The notes under the pieces are model-generated. The model saw only the letters and a list, made by a program, of their open reading frames with translations. It did not search any database and was not told the DNA's origin. A stretch of 64,000 nucleotides of DNA, from NCBI GenBank assembly GCA_964406995.1, contig CAYOTY010000001.1:8434-72433 (forward strand), read 5' to 3'. Below, piece after piece: positions 28,005 through 36,221 of the stretch (position 1 is the stretch's first letter; each line of letters begins with the position of its first letter). Origin of the DNA: an uncultured Microbacterium sp. (GTDB lineage: Bacteria > Actinomycetota > Actinomycetes > Actinomycetales > Microbacteriaceae). The position numbers were made by a program, and so were the translations under genes.

Positions 28005-29306
28005 ATGAGAAGGACAGCACTGTTCACTGCGATAGCGCTCGCCGCGACGATGGCATTCACCGGATGTGCTGCATCCGGTGACCCCGCCGAGTACGACCCC
28101 GACGAGGCGACGGGAGCCTTCGACTGGAAGCGGTACGAGGGCGCCGAGATCCACGTGCTCGCCGGCCGTAACGCCTGGCAGGAGCGCATCGAAGCGAGGA
28201 TCCCCCAGTTCGAGGAGCTCACCGGCATCAAGGTGACCGTGGAGTCGCTCGTGGAGGAGCAGTTCTATCAGAAGCTGCAGGTCGAGCTCTCCTCCGGCTC
28301 TGATGCGGTCGACGTCTACGCAGCTGCCGGCCAGCTCAACGGCTTGCGCTTCTCGCAATCGGGATGGTTCCAGGACCTTCAGCCCTACGTCGACAACCCC
28401 GCACTCACCTCCCCGGACTATAACTTCGACGACATCAGCTCGGGCATCCTCGAAGCCGGGAGCTTCGACGGAGAGCTCTACATCCTCCCCACTCTCGTCG
28501 AGGTCCAGATGCTGTACTACCTGAAGGACAAGCTCGAGGAAGCCGGGATCGAGCCACCCACCACAGCGGAAGAGCTCGAAGCCGCGGCCGCTCTGCTCAA
28601 CGATCCTGAGAACGGTGTTCACGGCATCGGCCTGCGCGGCAAGCGCGCTCCGCTGACCAGTCAGTTCGGAAGCTTCCTCGTCAACTTCGGCGTCGATTAC
28701 ACCGATGCCGAAGGCAACGCAGGCTTCGACAACCAGGGCGGTGTCGACGCCTTCGACCTGTACGGGCGTCTGCTGCGCAACTCCGGTCCCTCCGGTTCCG
28801 TCAACAACGGCTGGGAGGAGCTCCTCGCCCTCTTCCAGCAGGGAAAGCTTGCGATGTGGGCGGACAACTCCAGCCTCGCCAGCCAGTTCCTCGATCCCGA
28901 GAAGTCGACCGTCTACGACAATGTGGGCTTCGCCGAGATGCCCACCGGGCACACCTTCTTCGGGTGGGGCATCGCGATGAACCCGGCCTCGAGCAAGAAG
29001 GGACCTGCATGGCTCCTGATGCAGTGGATGACAAGCCCGGAGATCGTCGAGGATCTGCAGGCGGACGGCGTCCCCGGTGCCCGTGAGTCGATCGGGTTCC
29101 CGGCCGACACGAACCAGGAGTTCGCCGAGGTCTTCCTCGCGACGATCCCGGATGCTTCACCCCAGCTGCCCAACGTCATCCAGGTTCCCGAGGTGCGAGA
29201 CATCATCGGCGATGCGATAGCGGTGTCGATCGAGGGCGGTGATGTCGCCCGGGCCGTGTCCGAAGCAGCGGCAGCGATGAACCAGGTCATTTCGACCGGG
29301 CAGTGA
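28005..29306 (+). CDS. Sugar/polyol ABC transporter substrate-binding lipoprotein
   Basis: MRRTALF...FTGC lipobox after AAGGAG; FDWKRYEG and GIGLRG features. Confidence 0.9.
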   Translation: MRRTALFTAIALAATMAFTGCAASGDPAEYDPDEATGAFDWKRYEGAEIHVLAGRNAWQERIEARIPQFEELTGIKVTVESLVEEQFYQKLQVELSSGSDAVDVYAAAGQLNGLRFSQSGWFQDLQPYVDNPALTSPDYNFDDISSGILEAGSFDGELYILPTLVEVQMLYYLKDKLEEAGIEPPTTAEELEAAAALLNDPENGVHGIGLRGKRAPLTSQFGSFLVNFGVDYTDAEGNAGFDNQGGVDAFDLYGRLLRNSGPSGSVNNGWEELLALFQQGKLAMWADNSSLASQFLDPEKSTVYDNVGFAEMPTGHTFFGWGIAMNPASSKKGPAWLLMQWMTSPEIVEDLQADGVPGARESIGFPADTNQEFAEVFLATIPDASPQLPNVIQVPEVRDIIGDAIAVSIEGGDVARAVSEAAAAMNQVISTGQ

Positions 29307-29310
29307 CACG

Positions 29311-30291
29311 ATGACCGACCTGAAGAACCGACGCGCGGCTTCGTCGGCGACGCAGGTGGGGCCGGGACCCGAGAGGTCCCGGCCCCAGCGCCGTCGCACG
29401 ATCAGCACCTTCGTCGAACGCCATATCCTCCTCGTCTTCGCAGGACCCGCCGTCGCCTTCATCGGCGCGATGATGGTGTTTCCCATCGGCTACACCCTCG
29501 TCCTCTCGACGCTGCGGTGGAACGGGAGTCGCGGAGTCACACCCCAGTTCATCGGCCTGGACAACTACACGCGCCTCCTCTTCGAAGACGACCGCTTCTG
29601 GGGTGCACTGTGGCGTACGGTCGTCTTCACCGGCGGTGCCGTAGCGGCACAGACCGTCATCGGCGTGGCCCTCGCGGTCTTCCTGCACCGGCAGTTCGTC
29701 CTGCGGGGCATCGTCCGCAGCTTCATGCTGCTGCCGATGATCGCAACCCCGGTCGCCATCGCTCTGGTCTGGCGGCTCATGTTCAATCCGCAGCTGGGCA
29801 TCTTCAACGACATCCTCACCAACCTCGGTCTCCCGCCGAGCGATTGGGTCTCCGATCGAGCGCTCGCGATGCCGCTGATCATGCTCGTAGACACATGGGA
29901 GTGGGCGCCGCTGATCGCACTCATCACCCTCGCGGGGCTCTCGGCACTGCCGACCGACCCGTTCGAAGCCGCCGCCATCGACGGCGCCGGGCCATGGCAG
30001 CGCTTCTGGCACATCACCTTGCCCATGGTCAGGCCCGTGCTCGTCATCGCGATCGTCTTCCGCCTCATCGAAGCGCTCAAGACCTTCGACATCATCTTCG
30101 TGCTCACCCAGGGCGGACCCGGCTTCTCCACCGAGACCCTCAATATCTACGCCTACGCCTCGGCGTTCCAGTACCAGCAGATGGGATACAGCGCCGCTCT
30201 GCTCGTGGTCTTCTTCCTCCTCGTCCTCGTCATCTCCAGCGGCATGCTGCGTCTGCGGCGAGCCCGCGAGAAAGGAGAAATCCGTGCCTGA
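29311..30291 (+). CDS. Sugar ABC transporter permease
   Basis: EAAAIDGA, TQGGPG. Confidence 0.93.
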   Translation: MTDLKNRRAASSATQVGPGPERSRPQRRRTISTFVERHILLVFAGPAVAFIGAMMVFPIGYTLVLSTLRWNGSRGVTPQFIGLDNYTRLLFEDDRFWGALWRTVVFTGGAVAAQTVIGVALAVFLHRQFVLRGIVRSFMLLPMIATPVAIALVWRLMFNPQLGIFNDILTNLGLPPSDWVSDRALAMPLIMLVDTWEWAPLIALITLAGLSALPTDPFEAAAIDGAGPWQRFWHITLPMVRPVLVIAIVFRLIEALKTFDIIFVLTQGGPGFSTETLNIYAYASAFQYQQMGYSAALLVVFFLLVLVISSGMLRLRRAREKGEIRA

Positions 30292-31174
30292 ACCCGCAAC
30301 GACCACCGCCGCCCGTCCAGCGGTCTCACCCTCCGCGCATCAGCGCCGCGCCCAGCGCCGACGTCGCCGGGCGCTCCGAGGCACCGTGTTCTACACGGCG
30401 ATCGTGCTGACGTTCATCCCGTTCCTGTTCGTCTTCTACTACATGATCGCGACGTCGCTGAAAGCTCCTCTCGACATCAGCTCGCCCGACTACCTGTGGA
30501 TCTTCACGCCGACGATGGACAACTACCGTGCGGTCTTCGAGCAGACCGAGTTCCTCCGGTACATGATCAACTCGCTCATCGTCGGCTTCGGCTCCGTCGC
30601 GCTCGGAATGCTGCTGGGGGTTCCCGCCGCATACGCGATCGCACGGCACCGGGCCTCGAAGCTCGGACTGCTGATCCTCTCCTCCCGGGTGACCCCCGGG
30701 ATCACCTTCCTCGTACCGTGGTTCCTCATCTTCAGTCGGATCGACCTGACGAACACGTTCCTCGCGCTCATCCTGGTTCACACGGTGATCACACTGCCCC
30801 TGATCTGCTGGCTCATGATCGGTTTCTTCGAGGAGATCCCTCAGGAGCTCATCGACTCGGCACTCGTCGACGGTGCGACGACCCTCCGCGCTCTGTGGAG
30901 CATCATCCTGCCTGTGACGAAGGGAGGTCTCGCCTCTGCGGCGATCCTCGCCTTCATCTTCTCCTGGAACCACTTCCTGTTCTCGATCGTCATCGCAGGC
31001 AGGGACACCCGTCCCCTCCCGGTCGCCGTCTTCGAGTTCATGTCCTACGGCCAGGTCAACTGGGGCGCCATCGCCGCAGCGGCAACCGTCATGACTCTGC
31101 CGGTCATCGTGATCGCGATGTTCGTCCAGCGTCACATCGTCCAGGGGCTCGCCGGAGGCGCGGTCAAGGGATGA
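30284..31174 (+). CDS. Sugar ABC transporter permease
   Basis: DSALVDGA, SWNHF, GAVKG C-terminus. Confidence 0.93.
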   Translation: MPEPATTTAARPAVSPSAHQRRAQRRRRRALRGTVFYTAIVLTFIPFLFVFYYMIATSLKAPLDISSPDYLWIFTPTMDNYRAVFEQTEFLRYMINSLIVGFGSVALGMLLGVPAAYAIARHRASKLGLLILSSRVTPGITFLVPWFLIFSRIDLTNTFLALILVHTVITLPLICWLMIGFFEEIPQELIDSALVDGATTLRALWSIILPVTKGGLASAAILAFIFSWNHFLFSIVIAGRDTRPLPVAVFEFMSYGQVNWGAIAAAATVMTLPVIVIAMFVQRHIVQGLAGGAVKG

Positions 31175-31746
31175 GCACGATCACCACCGATGCAAGAACA
31201 TTCACACGAGGAGAACCACTGACCATGATCGACCGACCCGCCGAGCAGATCGCCTACGTGACCCATGAGCTGGATCGCACCGTCGCCGACCTCGGACGCA
31301 CGCTCGGCATCCGCCGCTGGCGAGCCTGGACATTCGACAATGCCTTCCTGCGCTTCACCGAATACCATTCGCAGCCCGCGGACATCTCCTCGGTCGTGGC
31401 CATGCCCGAGTTCGGGGCGAGCATCGAGGTGATCCAGCCCCTCCTCGGACCGAGCATCTACACGACCTTCCTCGAGGAGCGTGGTGAGGGCCTCCACCAC
31501 ATCGGCTATTTCGTCGATGACCTCGCCGCAGAACGCGCAGCCTGGTCAGAGCGCGGATTCCGCGAGATCTTCCGCGGGGGCGGGCACGGGCTGGACGGGG
31601 ATGGCGAGTTCCTGTTCATCGACACCATGGATGCCCTCGGCTCCTACGTCGAGGTCATCTCGCCTCCCCGGCGCAGAAGCGAACCGCACTTCAGGATCGA
31701 ACTCGACGAGGGATGGCGCCCTACGCGGATCGACCGGGACGCCTGA
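31171..31746 (+). CDS. VOC family protein (methylmalonyl-CoA epimerase-like)
   Basis: ATGA overlap with the permease; QIAYV, IEVIQP.GPSIY..FL...GEGLHHIG, VEVI (ATG 31225 is an alternative). Confidence 0.85.
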   Translation: MSTITTDARTFTRGEPLTMIDRPAEQIAYVTHELDRTVADLGRTLGIRRWRAWTFDNAFLRFTEYHSQPADISSVVAMPEFGASIEVIQPLLGPSIYTTFLEERGEGLHHIGYFVDDLAAERAAWSERGFREIFRGGGHGLDGDGEFLFIDTMDALGSYVEVISPPRRRSEPHFRIELDEGWRPTRIDRDA

Positions 31747-31754
31747 GGTCCGTG

Positions 31755-31806
31755 TGGCCGATCCCGCAGGCTCCGACCGCGTGGCGGGGACCTGCGGGAT
31801 CGGCCA
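31755..31806. terminator. Probable bidirectional terminator between convergent genes
   Basis: 16-bp perfect IR TGGCCGATCCCGCAGG/CCTGCGGGATCGGCCA. Confidence 0.65.
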
Positions 31807-31865
31807 TGCCGTCCTACCGTGATCCGCACGCCTCACCGGTTCGGGCGGGCGCTCCGGAGGCCGGC

Positions 31866-33053
31866 TCACGCAGTCGTTGAGATCTCCGTGGTAGCGGCAG
31901 CCGCACCCTCGAGCAGATCGTGGAGAAGCGTCCGGCGCTCTTCGAGCTCGATCTCGGGACCGGCGTCGAGCAGGAGGATGAGTTCGAGGACGACGACGCC
32001 CGTGGCATCCCGAACGGGAGCGGCGAGGAGACGTATCGTCTCAGCCGTCAGGCCTTCCTCCGTCTCGTAGATCGCCGAGCGCTTCCGGATCAGCTCGTGC
32101 AGTCGGCGCTCGACCTGCGGCGTATAAGCCCCCTGCGAGAACTGAGCCAGCGCCGAATCCCATTCATCGAGCCAGGGATCGTCCATCGCCATCGACCATC
32201 CGCGCACCCGGACTCGATCGAGCATCGCGGCGAACTCCCCGCGCGACTCGTCGTCCCACGCTCGCGCCAGCCACTCCTCGGAGAGCATGGGATCTTCCGC
32301 GACGAAGAGCGAGCCCAGCGGAGGCACCCGGGGCATCCTCCGCCCCACGTAGGAGGCGCGGACGTTGTCGTCGCTTCCCACCGCACTCGCGAGGAGGACC
32401 AGTTCCTCAGCGATGGATCCGAAGACGAGGACCGTGCGTCCCGTCCTGGCGGCGATGGCCTCGATCGGTTCCCGCGCGGCCTCCACCGCCCGCAGGGAGG
32501 GGATCAGCTCCTTCTCGTTCGGCATGACCAGGGAGAGCGGGGTGAAACGCCCGTAGCCGCCCTGGAAGAAGAGAAGCGGCAGCTGCGGCTCCGGTGCCGC
32601 CATCTGAATCACGCGACCCATGACGATGTCATGATCGCCACCGTCGTAGCGCTGCTCGAGATCACACTCGATCCAGGCCACGCAGCCGTCGATCACGGGA
32701 GTCCCCGAGTCGGTCGTCGACCATGCGACGCCGTCGAGCTTGCGGGGGTCTCTCGAAGCCAGCCGTCGGCAGAGCTGCTCCTGGTCCGCAGCCAACACGC
32801 TGATCGCGAATCGTTGCGAGTTCCTGAGCCGCGCGTAGCTGGAAGAGCTCTTCTGGGGCAGGTAGGCCACGAGCGGAGGATCCAGCGAAACCGACACGAA
32901 CGAGCCGACGACCATCGCGATCGGCTCGCCTTCCTCGCTACGCGCCGTGACGACGACCACGCCGGTGGGATAGTGCCCGAGCACCTCGCGAAACCACAGC
33001 GGCTCCGGCGCCGCCCCGACCGCTGCAGACCCGAGCGCCGACTGTTCGGTCAT
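31866..33053 (-). CDS. Flavin reductase fused to a C-terminal IclR-effector/GAF-like domain
   Basis: N-terminal FREVLGHYPTGVVVVT, SVSLDPP, GGDH, PLLFFQGGYG; C-terminal VGRRMP..PPLG, VRVRGWS, LAAPVRD. Confidence 0.88.
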   Translation of the reverse strand: MTEQSALGSAAVGAAPEPLWFREVLGHYPTGVVVVTARSEEGEPIAMVVGSFVSVSLDPPLVAYLPQKSSSSYARLRNSQRFAISVLAADQEQLCRRLASRDPRKLDGVAWSTTDSGTPVIDGCVAWIECDLEQRYDGGDHDIVMGRVIQMAAPEPQLPLLFFQGGYGRFTPLSLVMPNEKELIPSLRAVEAAREPIEAIAARTGRTVLVFGSIAEELVLLASAVGSDDNVRASYVGRRMPRVPPLGSLFVAEDPMLSEEWLARAWDDESRGEFAAMLDRVRVRGWSMAMDDPWLDEWDSALAQFSQGAYTPQVERRLHELIRKRSAIYETEEGLTAETIRLLAAPVRDATGVVVLELILLLDAGPEIELEERRTLLHDLLEGAAAATTEISTTA

Positions 33054-33088
33054 TCTGGGAACACCTCCGGGTATCCTCTTGCCCTACG

Positions 33089-33153
33089 AAGATATGCGCG
33101 ACGCCCGTGTCCGGGCTTGCGCCGGGAGGGCATCGGATTGCGCGTGAGCGACT
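33089..33153 (-). promoter_or_regulatory. AraC-type promoter of the flavin reductase
   Basis: AGTCG-N8-CAAT and TGCCC-N8-CAAG at 21-bp period, 21 nt, TATCTT. Confidence 0.6.
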
Positions 33154-33157
33154 CCGG

Positions 33158-34177
33158 TCATGTCAGGGCGATCTGCCGCCGCGCCTCGTCCATCGTCCGC
33201 AGCTGCCCGACCGAGGCCGCGAGCGGATGCTGAGGAGCTTCGAGCCGTCCCGCATCCACATGGATCGCCGCCCACACTGCCTCGCGGGCCAGGGCCTGGT
33301 GTCCTTCTAGTCCCGTCGTGTCATCGAAGCGGGAGATGAGGCGGCCGTCTCGGTCGTGAAGCGCCAGTGCACTGGGCATGGGGAAGCGCCCTTCGACGAC
33401 GAGCATCCCCTCGGTGCCGGAGAGGTGGGCACGACTCGGGGTGAAGGCGGAGAGCGTGGCGGTGACGACACTGTGGACGTCGCCGGTCAACTCCATGGCG
33501 ATCGTCGACTGCGCGTCGACGCCCGTGGCGGTGTTCTGCCCCAGAACGCCCATGCGCAGCGGCGCACCCCCGAAATGCTGCGCGAACCACACCGCGTACA
33601 CCCCCATATCCAGGAGCGCGCCTCCGGCGAGTGCGGGATCATAGAGGCGCGAGCGAGGATCGACCGGGAAGCGACGCCCGATCTCCGCAGAGATCAGGCG
33701 CAGCTCCCCCAGCGCGCCATCGATCAGGAGCTGGTCGGCGACATCGACCCAGGGGTGGAACCGCGTCCACATCGCCTCCATGGCGAAGACGCCGGCCTCG
33801 CGTGCTGCGCCAGCGATGCGCTCTGCCTCGGATGCCGTCACCGCGAAGGGCTTCTCGACGAGGATGTGCTTGCCCGCCCCGATCGCGAGTTCCGCAAGAG
33901 CTGCGTGCTCGGTGTGCGGGGCCGCGATGTAGACGATGTCGACGTCGGGATGCTCGACCGCTGCGGCATAGGAGCCGAAGGCTGTGGCGATGCCGTGCTC
34001 GGCGGCGAAGGCGTCGGCGCGCTCCCTGGAACGCGAGCCGACGGCCACGACCCGCTGGTCGGTGTGCACGAGAACGGCACGGGTCCAGGCGGAGGCGATC
34101 GCGCCCGGTGCGAGGACCGCCCAGTTGAGAACGGGACCGCCGCGCAGGTCGGGAAGTCGTGGTTCGGGCATTCGCAT
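33158..34177 (-). CDS. Gfo/Idh/MocA oxidoreductase (dihydrodiol dehydrogenase-like)
   Basis: VGSRS, VEKP, MEAMWTRF, GGALLDMGVY; TAGCGT 6 nt before ATG. Confidence 0.92.
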   Translation of the reverse strand: MRMPEPRLPDLRGGPVLNWAVLAPGAIASAWTRAVLVHTDQRVVAVGSRSRERADAFAAEHGIATAFGSYAAAVEHPDVDIVYIAAPHTEHAALAELAIGAGKHILVEKPFAVTASEAERIAGAAREAGVFAMEAMWTRFHPWVDVADQLLIDGALGELRLISAEIGRRFPVDPRSRLYDPALAGGALLDMGVYAVWFAQHFGGAPLRMGVLGQNTATGVDAQSTIAMELTGDVHSVVTATLSAFTPSRAHLSGTEGMLVVEGRFPMPSALALHDRDGRLISRFDDTTGLEGHQALAREAVWAAIHVDAGRLEAPQHPLAASVGQLRTMDEARRQIALT

Positions 34178-34297
34178 GCCCTGACGCTACCTCGCCGCCC
34201 GGAGCGAGGCTTGCGCGTGCGCGCCACCGTGCGAGCGCCGGCGACCGGGGGCGGCCCCGATCTCGATCCGTGCCGGCAGAGACGGCGCCGAGCGCCA

Positions 34298-34334
34298 CGA
34301 AGGGCCGCCCCGCACGACGCGGAGCGGCCCTTCG
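34298..34334 (-). terminator. Terminator of the glycine betaine ABC operon
   Basis: IR CGAAGGGCCGCCCCGC/GCGGAGCGGCCCTTCG just after the stop. Confidence 0.7.
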
Positions 34335-34342
34335 GGTGGTGA

Positions 34343-35260
34343 TCAGTCCGTGAGCAGGGTCGGGAACGCGCCCGCGTTCTCGCTGACCCACCGCTCGACC
34401 GCGCCGGCGGGGTTGCCCTCGTACTCATCGCTGGTGACGAGACTCTCCAGCGCGCCGAAGGCGACGTCGTCGAGCACGATGCCCGCGATCAGCTCCGCGA
34501 CATCCGGGTGCGCCGCGGCGAACTCGGAGTTGGCCAGGAAGTGCAGCGACTCCGTGTCGCCCATGGCGCCCTCGGGGTCTTCGAGATCCTTCAGATCCAT
34601 CTCGCCATAGGGCCAGAACGGACGCCACAGCGTCACGACGATGTCACGCTCATCGGCGATCGCGCCGCGCAGCTCGGTGATCATCGTGGAGGTCGAGGAG
34701 GTGACAAGGTTCCAGTCATCGAGACCGTATACGGGCATCATGGCCTCGGTGACACCGGTCAGGCCCGCACCGGGCTCGATGCCGATGATGTCGCCGTTGA
34801 AGCGGTCGCGGTGCTCGGCGAGCTCGGCGAGGGAGTCGATGTCGACGTAGGAGGGAACCGTGATGGTCAGAGCCGCACCGTCGTAGTACGCGCCGAGGCT
34901 CGTCACATTGTCGCCCTGCTGTTCCATGTACTCGGCGTGGGTGACCTCGGGCCATGCCGAGGGGTACACGTCGATCGCGCCGTCGCCGAGACCGGTGTAG
35001 AGCACCGCGGGGTTGGAGAGATCCTCGTGCACGACCTCGTAGCCGAGCTTGGTGAGCTGGTTGTCGAGCAGGTAGGCAGTGCTGAGCCCGTCGGTCCACG
35101 AGCCGATGTAGCCGAGGGTGATGGTGCCCTTGCTCTCGTCGCCGCCACCCGGCTCCTCGCTGGGATCGCCGTTTCCGGGGGTGTCGCTCGCGCAGCCGGC
35201 GAGAACAAGGCTTGCCGCAGCGGCGAGCCCGATCAGACCTGTCAGTCTGGACTTCTTCAT
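34343..35260 (-). CDS. opuAC: Glycine betaine ABC transporter substrate-binding lipoprotein
   Basis: LAGC lipobox; GIEPGAG, LWRPFW, LEDP. Confidence 0.9.
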   Translation of the reverse strand: MKKSRLTGLIGLAAAASLVLAGCASDTPGNGDPSEEPGGGDESKGTITLGYIGSWTDGLSTAYLLDNQLTKLGYEVVHEDLSNPAVLYTGLGDGAIDVYPSAWPEVTHAEYMEQQGDNVTSLGAYYDGAALTITVPSYVDIDSLAELAEHRDRFNGDIIGIEPGAGLTGVTEAMMPVYGLDDWNLVTSSTSTMITELRGAIADERDIVVTLWRPFWPYGEMDLKDLEDPEGAMGDTESLHFLANSEFAAAHPDVAELIAGIVLDDVAFGALESLVTSDEYEGNPAGAVERWVSENAGAFPTLLTD

Positions 35261-35321
35261 TGTGTTTCCTTTCGTTCAGCGCAGTTTCACGCTGTGATTG
35301 GGGTATTCAGGAGGGGTCGGC

Positions 35322-36221
35322 TCAGATCGACGCGCGGCGCAGCAGCCCTAACTGGTGCCGCTTGCGCACGGCGAGCAACGAGGTCTTGTAGTCGTTGGGG
35401 CTGCCCAGCGCCGAGGTCACCCGGTCGAGGTAGATCGCGAGGATCACGACCGAGAGCCCCGCCTCGACACCGAGCGCGATGTCACCGCGGTCGAGCGAGA
35501 AGACGACGTCGCGGCCGAGACCCGGCGCGCCGACGAGACCGGCCATCACCGCCATCGACAGGGCGAGCATGATGACCTGGTTGACCCCGGCCATGATCGT
35601 GGGCGTCGCCAGGGGAAGCTGGATTCCTCGCAGGATCTGACCCGGCTTCGCGCCGAAGGCGTGCCCCGCCTCGACGGTCTCGGAGTCGACCCCGCGGATG
35701 CCGAGCTCGGTGAAGCGCACACCCGGCGGCAACGCGAAGATGATCGTCGCGACCATGCCGGGCACCACGCCGATGCTGAAGAACAGGACGACCGGAATCA
35801 GATAGACGAAGGCGGGCAACGTCTGCATGAAATCGAGGATCGGCCGGATGATGACGCTCGCTCGTCGGCTCTTCGCCGCCAGGATTCCCAGAGGAATCGC
35901 CAATATGACGGCGATGAACGCAGCGAAGGCGACCAGGCCCAGGGTCTGCATGGTGCTCTCCCAGAAGCCGAGCGACAGGATCAGCAACAGGGAGAGCGCG
36001 GCACCGATGGCGAACTGCCACGAACGCACCAGCCAGCCGAGCAACGCCAGGATCACGATGAACACCAGCGGCGGGATCCACAGCAGGCCATCGGTGAACC
36101 CCTCGATGGCCGTGCGCATGAAGCTCGTGAAACCGTTGAGCAGCCAGCGGAACTCCGAACGGAACCACATGATCGCCGCTTCGACCCACTCACCGAGCGG
36201 GAGACGGTACAGGCCATCCAT
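35322..36221 (-). CDS. opuAB: Glycine betaine ABC transporter permease
   Basis: RPILDFMQTLPAFVYLIP, GVNQVIMLALSM. Confidence 0.92.
   Translation of the reverse strand: MDGLYRLPLGEWVEAAIMWFRSEFRWLLNGFTSFMRTAIEGFTDGLLWIPPLVFIVILALLGWLVRSWQFAIGAALSLLLILSLGFWESTMQTLGLVAFAAFIAVILAIPLGILAAKSRRASVIIRPILDFMQTLPAFVYLIPVVLFFSIGVVPGMVATIIFALPPGVRFTELGIRGVDSETVEAGHAFGAKPGQILRGIQLPLATPTIMAGVNQVIMLALSMAVMAGLVGAPGLGRDVVFSLDRGDIALGVEAGLSVVILAIYLDRVTSALGSPNDYKTSLLAVRKRHQLGLLRRASI

Noticed and set aside
24621-28952. 698-aa and 707-aa minus-strand ORFs suggesting MFS or LacI fusions
   Set aside because: The N-terminal extensions are antisense to araC-2 and the binding-protein gene; real starts are near 25847 and 27833
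6204-33157. Island as an integrative mobile element
   Set aside because: No integrase, transposase, tRNA or flanking direct repeat seen; it is defined only by gene content and shared motifs
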